Part shown: piece after piece, positions 19,724 through 30,684 of the stretch
Position numbering within the stretch: position 1 is the first letter of the stretch
Layout of the letters: each line of letters starts with the position of its first letter
Source: Bdellovibrionales bacterium
Lineage (GTDB): Bacteria > Bdellovibrionota > Bdellovibrionia > Bdellovibrionales > JAUICD01
Length of the DNA: 64,000 nt
Reading direction: 5' to 3'
NCBI GenBank assembly: GCA_965262715.1
Contig: OZ253553.1
Coordinates: 1,664,001-1,728,000, forward strand
The notes under the pieces: model-generated
What the model was told of the DNA's origin: nothing
The model's database searches: none
The model's input: the letters and a program-made list of their open reading frames with translations, nothing else
Position numbers and translations under genes: made by a program

Positions 19724-21589
19724 TTATTTTTTGTTTTCAACTCTATTAACTGGCGGGAAAACTTTACTTTTCTTTTTTGCTGCTAAGGTCTCTTTTTTGA
19801 TTTTATCGTCAATCCAAAAGAGTCCTCCTGTACTAGGACTGGTGGGATCAAAGATAGCTTGTTGCGAAAGTAAAGTTGCAGCTCCACTCTTTGGCAACTT
19901 CATCCAGCGCCAGTGACAGGTCCTTACAAGAGGAAAATAATGAGAAGGGATAAAATCCCCTAAATCATGGATACGTTTAGCAATATCTTTTGCTAATTTG
20001 ATGTGTAAAGCTTGATCGCTTGTTTCTCTATATTGATCAATAAGTTTATCTAGCTTTTGATCAGATGTATTAGAAATATTATTCGTATTTGGTTTCGCAT
20101 TGATAGAATGAAAGGCCTGCCATGGAGCGGGAGTTAAGCCTGTAGACCATGCCCAAAAAGTTGCTTGATGGTTTTTTTCTTTGACTTTCTTAAAAGCTGT
20201 TGCGCCATCTAAGAAGTCCAATATCAATTCAACACCTGCTTTTTTAGCTTGCTCCTTTAAAAAACCTAAGTGATCTGTATAAACGGCATAGCTATAAGTG
20301 ACTTTAACAGAAAAGCGTTGGTTGCCTTTTGCCCAGATACCATCTTTATCTCTCTTCCAACCTAGAGACTTCATAATACTCTCTACACGTTTTATGTCAT
20401 ACTTTCTAGCTTTAATGGATTTGTTTTCATAGTCTCCATAGCCTGTATAAGGTCTTTCTAAACGGTAAACATCTCCTCTAAATATTTTTTGTATTGATGA
20501 ATCAGTATCCATGGCATGAGCAAATGCATGTTTGATCTGACTGTTTTTAAAAAGAGAGTTTGATGTGTTTAAATAGAAACCTCTATTGGAACGTGGGCTG
20601 TTTGTGTAATAAGTGGTCTTTTCGATATATCCTCGATCAAACTCCTTTCCACGACACTTTAAATACCAACGCTCTGGAGTCATGGCTTCAAATACATCAG
20701 ACTTGCCTTTTTTAAACAGTTCATAAGTGACAGCTTCATCTCTAACTACCTTGACAAGAAGCCTTTTAGGGTTAAAGCGATTCTTCATATATCTTAAGTT
20801 TTGGGCCCACCAATTCTTTTGTTTTTCAAATGTAAAGCCCTTACCTTTTCTGATTTTAGTCAATAGATAGGGGCCTGTTACAGGCTCGATCTTCCAGTTA
20901 TAGCTTTTCACAAAGTCTTTTGGAATTTTTCCTTTATAAAAGTGTTTTGGACGAGGAGATAAATTAAGATACTCTTCTAGTTTAGGATAAGGTTTTTTAG
21001 CAAAAGCTCCAAGTGTCTTATTATCGTATTTGACAACCTTATCAATATACTTCTCAACATAGTCATTTGCAAAAGGATCTAAAACATGCTTACTTTTCAT
21101 CATCTCTATCATAAATAAGAAGTCATCAACTGTAACAGGAACACCGTCAGACCATTTGGCTTTTGGGTGGATTTTGAAGAACATAGAGCGTTTATCTTTA
21201 CCAAAGGCCCAGCTTTCAGCCAGTAGTGGGATAAGATTTCTTGTGTTAGGGTGAATAGTGACAAGAGGCCAATTGTTATCTGAAAGATAGGCTCTAAAAG
21301 CAATGTTAGAATCAGGGCCTATTGTACGAATAGTTAAAGGAAATGTATTGATAAATAAAGTCATTGTGCCACCTGGCTTTGCTTGGGAAGAAGAATAGAT
21401 GGGATCTGTCTGATTAGACTGCCATTTTAAATCAGTAGGAAGACTTTCTACTTTCTTAGTAGGTGAGGGAGTTTTTTTTTGAGCTTCTACAGGTAGTGGT
21501 TGTATGATGATTCCAAAAAGCAGCACAAGTAGTATAAAGTGTTTTTGGCGAAGGTTTCTTTTATTAAAAATTAAAAAAAGATATTTCAT
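19724..21589 (-). CDS. ABC transporter peptide-binding protein (family 5, YejA-like)
   Basis: AKPGGT, PLLAESW, AKWSDGVPVTVDD, TGPY motifs; signal peptide. Confidence 0.85.
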   Translation of the reverse strand: MKYLFLIFNKRNLRQKHFILLVLLFGIIIQPLPVEAQKKTPSPTKKVESLPTDLKWQSNQTDPIYSSSQAKPGGTMTLFINTFPLTIRTIGPDSNIAFRAYLSDNNWPLVTIHPNTRNLIPLLAESWAFGKDKRSMFFKIHPKAKWSDGVPVTVDDFLFMIEMMKSKHVLDPFANDYVEKYIDKVVKYDNKTLGAFAKKPYPKLEEYLNLSPRPKHFYKGKIPKDFVKSYNWKIEPVTGPYLLTKIRKGKGFTFEKQKNWWAQNLRYMKNRFNPKRLLVKVVRDEAVTYELFKKGKSDVFEAMTPERWYLKCRGKEFDRGYIEKTTYYTNSPRSNRGFYLNTSNSLFKNSQIKHAFAHAMDTDSSIQKIFRGDVYRLERPYTGYGDYENKSIKARKYDIKRVESIMKSLGWKRDKDGIWAKGNQRFSVKVTYSYAVYTDHLGFLKEQAKKAGVELILDFLDGATAFKKVKEKNHQATFWAWSTGLTPAPWQAFHSINAKPNTNNISNTSDQKLDKLIDQYRETSDQALHIKLAKDIAKRIHDLGDFIPSHYFPLVRTCHWRWMKLPKSGAATLLSQQAIFDPTSPSTGGLFWIDDKIKKETLAAKKKSKVFPPVNRVENKK

Positions 21590-21719
21590 ACAGCACTCTT
21601 TTATTTTACTTAAATTTTTAAAAATAATAATTAGAGGTTTTATTTCTTCTTTATGTTATGATACCTGATAAACAGGTAGAATGCTTATTTTTTTACTGGT
21701 TGTATAATTTTAGGACAAT

Positions 21720-22259
21720 ATGCAAACAAGATATAAGTCGCATTGGGCTATATTTGTATCTGGTAGAGGGTCTAATCTGAGTGCTCTTATAGAGTGTAGT
21801 TTTTTAGATTCTATCGGGCTTGTGGTGTCTTCTCAATCTCGTGCTTATGGCTTAAAAAAGGCAAAGAGGTATGGAATACCTACCAAAGTGTTAGATCTTA
21901 AAATTGACTGGCAAGACCTTTTATGGACATTAAAAACCTATAATATCTCAAAAATTTTCTTAGCTGGGTTTATGAAAATCCTACCTGCTCATTTTATCAG
22001 CAAATGGCAAAAGCCTATTGTTAATATCCACCCTAGTTTGCTTCCCGAGTATCCAGGTCTTCATAGTATAGAAAGATCGTTTAAAGATAACAAGCTAATG
22101 GGCTGCACACTTCATAAAGTGATCGATAAGGTAGATATGGGAGATATTATCTTTTCTTCTTCTATTGCCCCAGTTTCTTCTTTAGAAACAGCTGAGTTTT
22201 TGATACATGTAGAAGAACAAAAGTTAGGTAGAAAGCAGTTTTATTTGAGGAATGTATAA
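21720..22259 (+). CDS. purN: Phosphoribosylglycinamide formyltransferase
   Basis: SGRGSNL, LAGFMKIL, NIHPSLLPEYPG, GCTLH..VDMG. Confidence 0.9.
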   Translation: MQTRYKSHWAIFVSGRGSNLSALIECSFLDSIGLVVSSQSRAYGLKKAKRYGIPTKVLDLKIDWQDLLWTLKTYNISKIFLAGFMKILPAHFISKWQKPIVNIHPSLLPEYPGLHSIERSFKDNKLMGCTLHKVIDKVDMGDIIFSSSIAPVSSLETAEFLIHVEEQKLGRKQFYLRNV

Positions 22260-22646
22260 ATTGTACATCCAAGGACATAGGTAACACTTTTATTAAGGTA
22301 TCGCACAGATAAAGGTCAAGAGGATAAAAAAGAATTTAAGGAATATCAAGCATTTAAGTTAAATCATGTAATGCGGGCCAATATAGATAAAATAGAACAG
22401 AAAGGTAAAAAATTAGATGAAAAAGAGCTTGAGCAATTTGCTCTTCCTCTTAAATATATCAGGAATCCTGATATCTCTCATAAAAATATCGATAGATTTT
22501 ATAAAAAGTTTATAAGCTTAATCCTTTTTTAACTTTTTCTTTAGTATTTTCTTTATATAACCGATGTAATTATATATTTTAATTTTAACCTTACTTTTGT
22601 CTTAATAGAATTTCAAAAATTTATAATAACAAATGGAGTAGTTGAG

Positions 22647-23297
22647 ATGGGAAGAATGAAATATTTTATTTTTATCGGTTTATTTTTTACGAGTGTGCCT
22701 TCATTTAGTCAGTATCAGTCATGTAATAGGTTAGGTGAGGTGAAAGTAGATCGTTTTTTTGTGACGGCTCATACACAAAAGAGAGCACTGCTTATGTGTA
22801 GAAATATAGATGGGAGGCTGAGATTTGGTGCTATTCCATCAGGGCAACTCTTTACTTTCCTTGATGCGCACAAAGATGATTTTGAGTTCAGATCAAGAGC
22901 CTCTGATATTTTTGAGCAAAGTTTTGAATCTGGATTAGAGTTTGTGAGAAGTCAGACTGGAGGAAATATAATTTTATCTGAAAGTAGACAACAAGATGTT
23001 GCACATCTTAACTATTTAGCTGAGAAATACAATACATGGTCAGGTCAATCAAGTTCTGCTAATACAAGTACAAGTACAAGTAGTAGTGAAAATGAAAATT
23101 TACTTCAATCATCAGCTAAAGGCAATAAAAGCATCATTCAACAGCTAAAGAGCGGAGTTAATTGTGAACAAATAGAAAGTGCTCCATCAGTAGTTAAAGT
23201 TCGTTTTGAAGATAATGGTTCTGAGCAGAACATTATTCCTGTAGGTATAGAGCCTTTGGCCTGTGCTAGGATAGGACTATGTTGTGTTATAATTTAA
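22647..23297 (+). CDS. Hypothetical secreted protein (possibly 5' part of a frameshifted gene running to 23551)
   Basis: GGAG RBS, signal peptide, overlaps downstream ORF 23279-23551. Confidence 0.6.
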   Translation: MGRMKYFIFIGLFFTSVPSFSQYQSCNRLGEVKVDRFFVTAHTQKRALLMCRNIDGRLRFGAIPSGQLFTFLDAHKDDFEFRSRASDIFEQSFESGLEFVRSQTGGNIILSESRQQDVAHLNYLAEKYNTWSGQSSSANTSTSTSSSENENLLQSSAKGNKSIIQQLKSGVNCEQIESAPSVVKVRFEDNGSEQNIIPVGIEPLACARIGLCCVII

Positions 23298-23551
23298 CAT
23301 ATATAGATCATCATTGTGTCACTGCCCGATGTCCAAATCCGGTAAGAGAGAGGAAAATTATAGATCATATAACAACAGGTCTTAGCTGGCAATCTCCTAA
23401 TGGGGAAAATTCTAATATAACGGTACAAAAGCATAATCATTCTCATACAAGTTGTAACTTGGACAGGTATAAACATACTATACGATATGGATCATCAGGA
23501 ACAACAAGAAGATCAGGAAGTTCTAGAGATAGAAGTAGCGGTAGAGATTAG
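23279..23551 (+). CDS. Hypothetical ORF, probable 3' part of the frameshifted gene
   Basis: No clear RBS; Cys-containing, Ser/Arg-rich tail. Confidence 0.4.
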   Translation: MLCYNLTYIDHHCVTARCPNPVRERKIIDHITTGLSWQSPNGENSNITVQKHNHSHTSCNLDRYKHTIRYGSSGTTRRSGSSRDRSSGRD

Positions 23552-23660
23552 AGGAAGAGACTAGGGACTCATTTAAATCGATTCTTTAAAAGAATCTTTT
23601 TATAATGGGTATTTATGCAATAGGCCTTTTAAGATTATAAAAGTTGTGTAACGTCAGTTA

Positions 23661-24332
23661 TTAAGTAATATTTTTTAGATAAAGAGGAAAGACTTCTTCC
23701 CACTTTAAATATTTATCTGAAGACTGTCTTGCAGATAAGATAGCTAGTTTCTGAGCTTGAGGATAATTTTGTAAGCTATTCTCCTCATCCTTAGAAAAAA
23801 CTAGGTGTTGAGCTGATAAGACTTCATGAGGAAGTAGATCATGCACGCAACCCAGAACATGCCCTGGTTCTTTTAGAAAATGAGAAGCTTGATCTTGTTG
23901 AATAACTTGAGGTGATTGGATTTCAATACATTCTTTCGAGCTTTTAAGATATTGAGCAAAGAAGAGCTTTTGAGCAAATGCATTTTGAAGAGCATAAATA
24001 GTATCTTGGCCTTGGCTTTGATGGTTTTCAGCAAGAACTCTTAAAGAACTAAAAGTAGCTATAGGTAGGTTATAAGAGTATGCAAGAGCTTTTATAACAC
24101 AAAGAGCAACTCTTAAGCCCGTGAAGCTGCCAGGCCCATTACCAACACCTAAAAGGTCTATTTGTTCAAAGCTTTCCAAGCCTGCTAAATGAAGAGCAGA
24201 TTTTAGAGAACTGATAAGTAATTTATTATGTGACTTTCGATTTTGCCAAGAAAGAAATGAAAGTGTATTGGAATCTTTAGAAATAGCAACACTTCCTAAT
24301 GCTGTGCTACAATCAATAGCTAAAATATACAT
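23661..24332 (-). CDS. tsaB: tRNA threonylcarbamoyladenosine biosynthesis protein TsaB
   Basis: ILAIDCST, GPGSFTGLRV, C-terminal PLYL. Confidence 0.9.
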   Translation of the reverse strand: MYILAIDCSTALGSVAISKDSNTLSFLSWQNRKSHNKLLISSLKSALHLAGLESFEQIDLLGVGNGPGSFTGLRVALCVIKALAYSYNLPIATFSSLRVLAENHQSQGQDTIYALQNAFAQKLFFAQYLKSSKECIEIQSPQVIQQDQASHFLKEPGHVLGCVHDLLPHEVLSAQHLVFSKDEENSLQNYPQAQKLAILSARQSSDKYLKWEEVFPLYLKNIT

Positions 24333-24343
24333 ACAGTAGATAA

Positions 24344-26038
24344 CTAACTTTCAAAAATACGAGAGATGTCATTAAAGATAGCTAAAGCCATTAAACTTAG
24401 AATGAAAATCAATCCAATGATTTGAGCAATCTCCATTTTTCTCATACTAAGAGGAGCTCCTCTTAAAGCCTCAATACTGAAAAAAAGCAGGTGACCTCCA
24501 TCTAGCACAGGAATAGGCAACATATTAAGAATGAAAAGGTTAATAGATATAATGGCCATGATTTTTAAAAAGTAACTTAATCCCATTTGAAATGTCTGAC
24601 TAGCAACTTGACCAATCATAATAGGACCACCAATGGCTCGAGGTGAAACACGTGCTTGCAACAAACGCAAAAGGCTTAGACAAGTCACTTTTGTCCAATA
24701 CAGTGTATCTAAAACTCCTTTTTGGAGGGCCAAAAGAGGATTAAAAGTACGTATAAGAACGCGATCTGTAGGACTAGACATAACGCTAGCAAAAATACCT
24801 AATGCATATTTTGACTGTCTGCCTCCTCTTTTATCAGGCTGTTCAACCAATTTAGGAGTAATTGAAATGTTTTTCATTTCTCCTTCTCTCATAATTTCAA
24901 GATCAAATCCATTACTGTTGTTGGGATCATAACTTTGGACTTTTTCAATAAGACCTGCCCAGTTATTAACAGCTTCACCGTCGATAGATCGAATTCTATC
25001 ACCATCAAGCATACCTGCTTTTTTTGCAGGACTATCTTCAGTGAATTTATAAACATATAAATCAGGAATTTCAAATCCAAGTATTTCTGGTGATAATTGA
25101 CCAACAAGCTGTCTAGGAATTTCAACATGAGCTGTCTGAACATCTTCATTTGTTTGACTTGCATTTTCCTCGCTTAATGGTCTTATATATTTAATTTCTA
25201 AGGGTTCTGATTGATTGTAACTTTCTAAAAAAGAGACAATCTCATACCATTTTTTAACAGGTGTTTGATTAATAGATTGAATTTTATCAAAAGACTTCAT
25301 TCCTGCTTGCGCTAACATAGAGCCTGGGCTTAAAATACCTACTTGAGTTTCTCTTGCAAGAAAAGTTAGCCCTTTAATATCCCCTATTTCTTCTTCTGTA
25401 CTTAGAATATTAGGATTGGGAATTATAGATGTACTTGCTTGCAGAGAGATAGTTTCTTGTGTATTCATGCGGATGATATCAAAAGACAGCTCTTGATTTT
25501 TATGCTCTTCTATGTTAGCCTTTACATCATCCCAAGTTTTAATAATGTCTCCATTAACAGATTGAATTGTATCTCCAGAACGAAATCCATAAGTCCATGC
25601 TACAGAATCCTGTTCCACATCTCCTACAACTGGACTTATCATTTGTTCGCCCACAATAGCGATAACAAAAAATATAAGTATAGCAAAAAAGAAATTCACT
25701 AGGGGTCCTGCAAGAACGATAGCTATTCTTTGACCTACTGGTTTATGTAAAAATGATCCATGCCTTTCATCTTCTGGTACTTCAATGGAAGGGTCATCAC
25801 CAAACATTTTCACATAACCACCAAGTGGAATAAGAGATACACAATAATCTGTACCACCTCGTTGAAATTGAAAGATCTTTGGTCCAAAACCAAGGCTAAA
25901 AGTTTCTACTCTTACCTTATAAAATTTAGCAACAAGAAAATGCCCCATCTCATGTACAAAGATCAAAACCCCTAAAAGGATGATAAAAGGTACTAAAAAA
26001 GATAAACCACTTTGAATAACATTAAATAACCAATCCAT
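24344..26038 (-). CDS. rseP: RIP metalloprotease RseP with multiple PDZ domains
   Basis: HEMGH, FSLGFGP, PLGGYVKM, AGPLVN, NMLPIPVLDGGH. Confidence 0.95.
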   Translation of the reverse strand: MDWLFNVIQSGLSFLVPFIILLGVLIFVHEMGHFLVAKFYKVRVETFSLGFGPKIFQFQRGGTDYCVSLIPLGGYVKMFGDDPSIEVPEDERHGSFLHKPVGQRIAIVLAGPLVNFFFAILIFFVIAIVGEQMISPVVGDVEQDSVAWTYGFRSGDTIQSVNGDIIKTWDDVKANIEEHKNQELSFDIIRMNTQETISLQASTSIIPNPNILSTEEEIGDIKGLTFLARETQVGILSPGSMLAQAGMKSFDKIQSINQTPVKKWYEIVSFLESYNQSEPLEIKYIRPLSEENASQTNEDVQTAHVEIPRQLVGQLSPEILGFEIPDLYVYKFTEDSPAKKAGMLDGDRIRSIDGEAVNNWAGLIEKVQSYDPNNSNGFDLEIMREGEMKNISITPKLVEQPDKRGGRQSKYALGIFASVMSSPTDRVLIRTFNPLLALQKGVLDTLYWTKVTCLSLLRLLQARVSPRAIGGPIMIGQVASQTFQMGLSYFLKIMAIISINLFILNMLPIPVLDGGHLLFFSIEALRGAPLSMRKMEIAQIIGLIFILSLMALAIFNDISRIFES

Positions 26039-26229
26039 GATTTCCCCATTGTTTATTTTAATTATGTTCTAGTCACTATTACTGAAAAGTGTTTGAAAAT
26101 TAGACTTGAATATTATGATATTTAGCCTTTGTTTTTCTATTTATTATCGTATGATTTATCTATTTATGATAGTATTTTTTATCAAATCAGACGAATTAAA
26201 TTCTATAACATATCTGTGATCTCTGTATT

Positions 26230-27231
26230 TCAGTCTCTTTGAGCTAACTGTCTTTTACCTAAGAGCTTTGCCCTTAAATACTGTGAGACCCTATAGCTGG
26301 AGCCTGATGGGATTCGAATTCTGTGCTGCCTGACTGAACTTGGTATTTTGAAAAGAATCAGTTCTGGATTGAGTCTTTTTAAAAGAGCAGATGAGACATT
26401 TAAATGTTTGGCCAAATTTGAAAGATAGAGCCCTCCTGGAGCTACAAAGTATTCAAAGTAATCTGGTTGTTGATGGTTTAGATCTCTAAATCCATAAAGA
26501 CCTGGGGCTTTAGCAATTAACATAGCTGCGATCATTTTTGGAACATAATTAATTGTCTCTGAATGAAGTACTCTTTTTCTTGCTAATATCCAGAAATTAC
26601 GTGTTTTATGCTTTTTCATCAGCCTTTTCACCCGATTCTCTCCTGTGTTGTAAGCTGCTGCAACCAAGTACCAAGAACCAAATAGTTGATAGAGATATTT
26701 GATATATTCACTTGCGGCTTTTGTGCTTTTATAGAGATCACGGCGTTCATCAAGCCACCAATTAATTCTTAAGCCAAACCTTTGACCTGTCTCTCTAATA
26801 AACTGCCATGGTCCCACTGCAGCTGCCGAAGATACAGCAAGAAACGAAAATCCGCTTTCAATCATTGACATATAGATCAGATCTTTTGGAAGCTTTTCTT
26901 TTGTAAGAATATCTTGTATAGGTTTTGAAACCCTAGAGTATCTTTCTAACCATAACTTAAAATGACTTTGCCCTCTTGTTTGAAAATAATGGATCCATTT
27001 TTTGACTTGGTTATTATATTCTACTGGAAGGTCAAATATAAGGGATGGCTCTGTCTTTTCAATAATAGTTAAAGGACGAGTTACAAAGTTGCTAAAAGAA
27101 GATATGGGCTTATTAGCAGCAAAGCTGTCTTGATGAAAAAATGAGATCAAAAAGGACATCAAAAGTATAAAGATCACAGATAGGTTTTGGTTATATATGG
27201 TTTTATAAAAGGACATAGATTCATTCTTCAT
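26230..27231 (-). CDS. Lytic murein transglycosylase (MltD-like)
   Basis: MIESGF, AVGPWQF, DERRD, AAYNTGE, ETINYVPK. Confidence 0.9.
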   Translation of the reverse strand: MKNESMSFYKTIYNQNLSVIFILLMSFLISFFHQDSFAANKPISSFSNFVTRPLTIIEKTEPSLIFDLPVEYNNQVKKWIHYFQTRGQSHFKLWLERYSRVSKPIQDILTKEKLPKDLIYMSMIESGFSFLAVSSAAAVGPWQFIRETGQRFGLRINWWLDERRDLYKSTKAASEYIKYLYQLFGSWYLVAAAYNTGENRVKRLMKKHKTRNFWILARKRVLHSETINYVPKMIAAMLIAKAPGLYGFRDLNHQQPDYFEYFVAPGGLYLSNLAKHLNVSSALLKRLNPELILFKIPSSVRQHRIRIPSGSSYRVSQYLRAKLLGKRQLAQRD

Positions 27232-27423
27232 TGATTATTGCCTTTTGTCACCTATCATTACTTATAAACTCTAGACTTTAGTTATAAAAAGTGTAATTAT
27301 TACTATATTTTATTAATTTAAAGGCAGTTGGCAAAACAAAAAAGATATTAGAAATAGAAATATCTTATTTTTTGATAATAAAAGACTCAAGTTTACAAGT
27401 TCAAAATAAGCTCTTCTTCTAAT

Positions 27424-28791
27424 GTGGTTAAGTGTATGCAATTTGATTCTCTCACATTTCATTTTATAGGTATTGGCGGGGTTGGAATGAGCGGTCTTGC
27501 TGAACTGCTTCACAATATGGGTGCTACAGTTACAGGTAGTGACCTTGCTTGCAATACATATACAAAAGAGCTTTCTGCTTTAGGTGTTCACATTTTTTAT
27601 GGACATTCTAAAGATCATATTGGAAAAGCAGATGTTGTTGTTTTTTCCAGTTCTATTAAAAACTCTAACTCCGAAATGCAATTTGCAAAAAAACAAAAAA
27701 TACCCCTCATTCAAAGGGCGGAAATGCTAGCAGAGCTTATGCGCTTTAAGAGAGGAATAGCTATTGCAGGCACTCACGGTAAAACAACAACTACCAGCCT
27801 GCTTGCTTCTATTTTTTTGCAAAGCCAAATGGACCCTACTATCGTTGTTGGAGGAAGATTAAATTTAATCAAAAGTACATCTAAGTTAGGTCAAGGGGAG
27901 TGGTTGATTGCTGAAGCTGATGAGAGTGATAGGAGTTTTTTAAAACTCTCTCCAGAGATTGCTCTTATAACTAATATTGATAATGATCACTTAGATCAAT
28001 ATCATGACTTTGATCATTTAAAACAAGCCTTTTTAGATTTTGCTGTCAAGATCCCCTTCTATGGGTTTGCAATGGTTTGTGGAGACGATCCGTCTATTTG
28101 TGAAGTGTTTGCTGACTTTCCAAAAAAGATAAGAAAGTATGGATTTCATGATAGTAATGATTATCAACTCAAACAGCGATCTAATAAGTATCAAGTGTAT
28201 TTCAAAAAGAAATGTCTTGGAGAATTTCAACTCAATCTACCAGGCTATCATAATGCGCTTAATGCCTGTGGTGCCTTTGCAGTAGGCATAGAATGTGGGC
28301 TTGATGTTAAAAAAATCATAGAGACTATAGAAAAATTTGTGGGTGTAGAAAGAAGATTTCAATTCAAAGGAGAAGTTAAAAAAATTGCTATTTATGATGA
28401 TTACGGGCATCATCCTACAGAAATCCAATGCATGATTCAATCTCTTAAAAAAAAGTGGCCTCAAAGACGTTTGGTCATAGCTTTTCAGCCCCATAAGTTT
28501 TCAAGGACAAGGCTCTGTTGGAAACAATTTCAAACTTGCTTTAAAGGTGCCGATAAGCTTTTGCTCTTTGATATCTATCCTGCAGGAGAAGATCCTATTG
28601 AAAATATAACATCCTCTCGCCTTTTTAATGATATTCATTTAACTTGTAAAGCATATATTGGTTGTCACAAAACACAAATAGATACAGTGGCAAGCCATCT
28701 TCTAGAAGGTGATATTTTTTTGACGTTGGGTGCAGGAGATATCTTCGAATTAGGAGAAGCTTTTTTTAATAGACTATCTGTATTGAAATAA
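27424..28791 (+). CDS. murC: UDP-N-acetylmuramate--L-alanine ligase
   Basis: HFIGIGGVGMSG, GTHGKTTT, EADESD, DDYGHHPTE, FQPH. Confidence 0.95.
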   Translation: MVKCMQFDSLTFHFIGIGGVGMSGLAELLHNMGATVTGSDLACNTYTKELSALGVHIFYGHSKDHIGKADVVVFSSSIKNSNSEMQFAKKQKIPLIQRAEMLAELMRFKRGIAIAGTHGKTTTTSLLASIFLQSQMDPTIVVGGRLNLIKSTSKLGQGEWLIAEADESDRSFLKLSPEIALITNIDNDHLDQYHDFDHLKQAFLDFAVKIPFYGFAMVCGDDPSICEVFADFPKKIRKYGFHDSNDYQLKQRSNKYQVYFKKKCLGEFQLNLPGYHNALNACGAFAVGIECGLDVKKIIETIEKFVGVERRFQFKGEVKKIAIYDDYGHHPTEIQCMIQSLKKKWPQRRLVIAFQPHKFSRTRLCWKQFQTCFKGADKLLLFDIYPAGEDPIENITSSRLFNDIHLTCKAYIGCHKTQIDTVASHLLEGDIFLTLGAGDIFELGEAFFNRLSVLK

Positions 28792-28798
28792 AACTCCA

Positions 28799-29761
28799 TT
28801 ATGGTGAGCTGTTTTCATTTTGACAAGCTGTAATAAGACCTTGCTTAATACCAGGACCGTGAGATGTTCCAAAGAGTATAAGTCCATTGCCAGGTAGGTC
28901 CAAGATAGATTGAACAACTGCTTTATCACGCCTTGGAATTAGTGAGATAATATCATTATGCGCTCTTATCAGTCTTCTCATATTTGTACGGGAGCCTTCT
29001 TCAACTCTGAGGTTGTCTAGAAGATCTTCAAATTCACTTTCTAAAATCAAACGAGGATTAGGTATGACTGTTTTACCTGTTAAGGAAACAATTTCTGAAT
29101 ACTGATAAGGTGTAACATGAGTATCCTGTCTAACGAGGGTTTCCCAATGATTAAAGTCATCAATACGTTCATTTGTTTCCTTCTTTAAACTCTCATCTCC
29201 TAATAAATGCATTCTAATCCCTTGAAAAGTTTCTGGATGATTTGCATGCGCGATAATAAGAGCAGAATACATAAGAGAAAATAACTGATTTGTTTTACTA
29301 GAATCCCAGTCAGGCAAGGGATTTAAAAGCGCGTTAATATAAGGTAGATATTTTGAATAAATATCAGATTCAATATCAACATAAGAGGTGTCTGTTCTAT
29401 TATGTTCAATACCAATCCAATCTATCTTTTCAGACTCAGCTAGTTCTATAATTTTTTGAACGTCAGATTGTTCAGATACGATTGTTGCTAGGTGCTTTTC
29501 AAGCAGCTGATTTAAAGGAGCTACAGCATTCTCTGGTGTATGGGAGGTAATAATTGCAGCAGCTTCATCATGTTGACCAAAAAGATGCTGTGTAAATAAA
29601 GTATATATTTTTCTATCACCTATCTGACCGACTTCAACACCTTCTATTTCTGAATTAGAAAAACTGCAACTTTCTGTTTGAGCAAATACTGGAGAGGGAT
29701 AACTCAACAAACTTATTATATAAAAAATAAATAGTGTAGATAAGAATTTCTTTGAGCTCAT
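28799..29761 (-). CDS. Secreted paralogue family protein
   Basis: Signal peptide; IYTLFTQH, IDWIGIE, RDKAVVQSIL, GNGLILFGTSHGPGI. Confidence 0.8.
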   Translation of the reverse strand: MSSKKFLSTLFIFYIISLLSYPSPVFAQTESCSFSNSEIEGVEVGQIGDRKIYTLFTQHLFGQHDEAAAIITSHTPENAVAPLNQLLEKHLATIVSEQSDVQKIIELAESEKIDWIGIEHNRTDTSYVDIESDIYSKYLPYINALLNPLPDWDSSKTNQLFSLMYSALIIAHANHPETFQGIRMHLLGDESLKKETNERIDDFNHWETLVRQDTHVTPYQYSEIVSLTGKTVIPNPRLILESEFEDLLDNLRVEEGSRTNMRRLIRAHNDIISLIPRRDKAVVQSILDLPGNGLILFGTSHGPGIKQGLITACQNENSSP

Positions 29762-30041
29762 AGTAAATACTCCTTTTTTTAAGTTTTATTTCATGTATAT
29801 GATATAAGCAATATATACCAAGTAAACCTGAATGAGTTTGGCATTTATTTTTTAGTATCTGTATCAAAAATTAAAAGGTATTTAGGAGGTTTATTACTGT
29901 TATCAAAAGATGTAGTGTACAAAGTTGGTTTTGAATTCATAACTGGTTGTGAGCCAAATATTTTAAATATTTGGAAGCTTTTTATTGACAAACACTTGTA
30001 AAAAGTATTATAGGTGCTATTGTTTTTAGGAGATAACAACT

Positions 30042-30572
30042 ATGAATTTACTTAAATTATATACTGGTTTCCTATTAGTTGCTATTATACCAATAGACGG
30101 TATCCTTGCAGGCAATCAATCAGTTGACACATCACGTTGCCCAACAAAAATGATTCGGGCTATTTTAGAAAGTCGTTCAGAAGTTGTACAATTTCTTTTA
30201 GAAAATGGTGAAAACCCAGATATGTCTCTTGATAGTTGCCATATTATAATAAGTCCAGAGGGTGGTGTCATCTTACCTGATGATATTGTTTTCTGGACAG
30301 CATTACCAGAATCCATACTTAGAAGTTTTTCATTACTTCATTTAGCAGTAAGAATGATGTCTGCCACTCAAGGAAGAATAATGTCTGCCACTCAAGGAGA
30401 GAAGGATACTGATCCAACATATGAATATGAATATGACAGACAAAGAGAGATTTTTGCATGGTTGATAAAGTATGGGGCAGATACAAGTGTAAGGGATGCG
30501 ACAGGACAAACGCCATTAGACATTGTACCATTACCATTAGATATAGTAGCAGAAACTCGGGTGAGAGAATAA
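30042..30572 (+). CDS. Secreted ankyrin-repeat protein
   Basis: VVQFLLENGENPD, LLHLAV, YGADTSVRDATGQTPLD; internal duplications RMMSATQG/RIMSATQG and PLDIV x2; paralogous to 47741-48187. Confidence 0.75.
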   Translation: MNLLKLYTGFLLVAIIPIDGILAGNQSVDTSRCPTKMIRAILESRSEVVQFLLENGENPDMSLDSCHIIISPEGGVILPDDIVFWTALPESILRSFSLLHLAVRMMSATQGRIMSATQGEKDTDPTYEYEYDRQREIFAWLIKYGADTSVRDATGQTPLDIVPLPLDIVAETRVRE

Positions 30573-30684
30573 ATATATCTTAAGTTTAGGTAATAAGAGC
30601 CCCACACCTTTTTCGACTTTAAATGCAGAAGATATTTTTGAATTGAGAAAAACTCTTTTTAGAAATTATGGAATAAAGCTCTAA

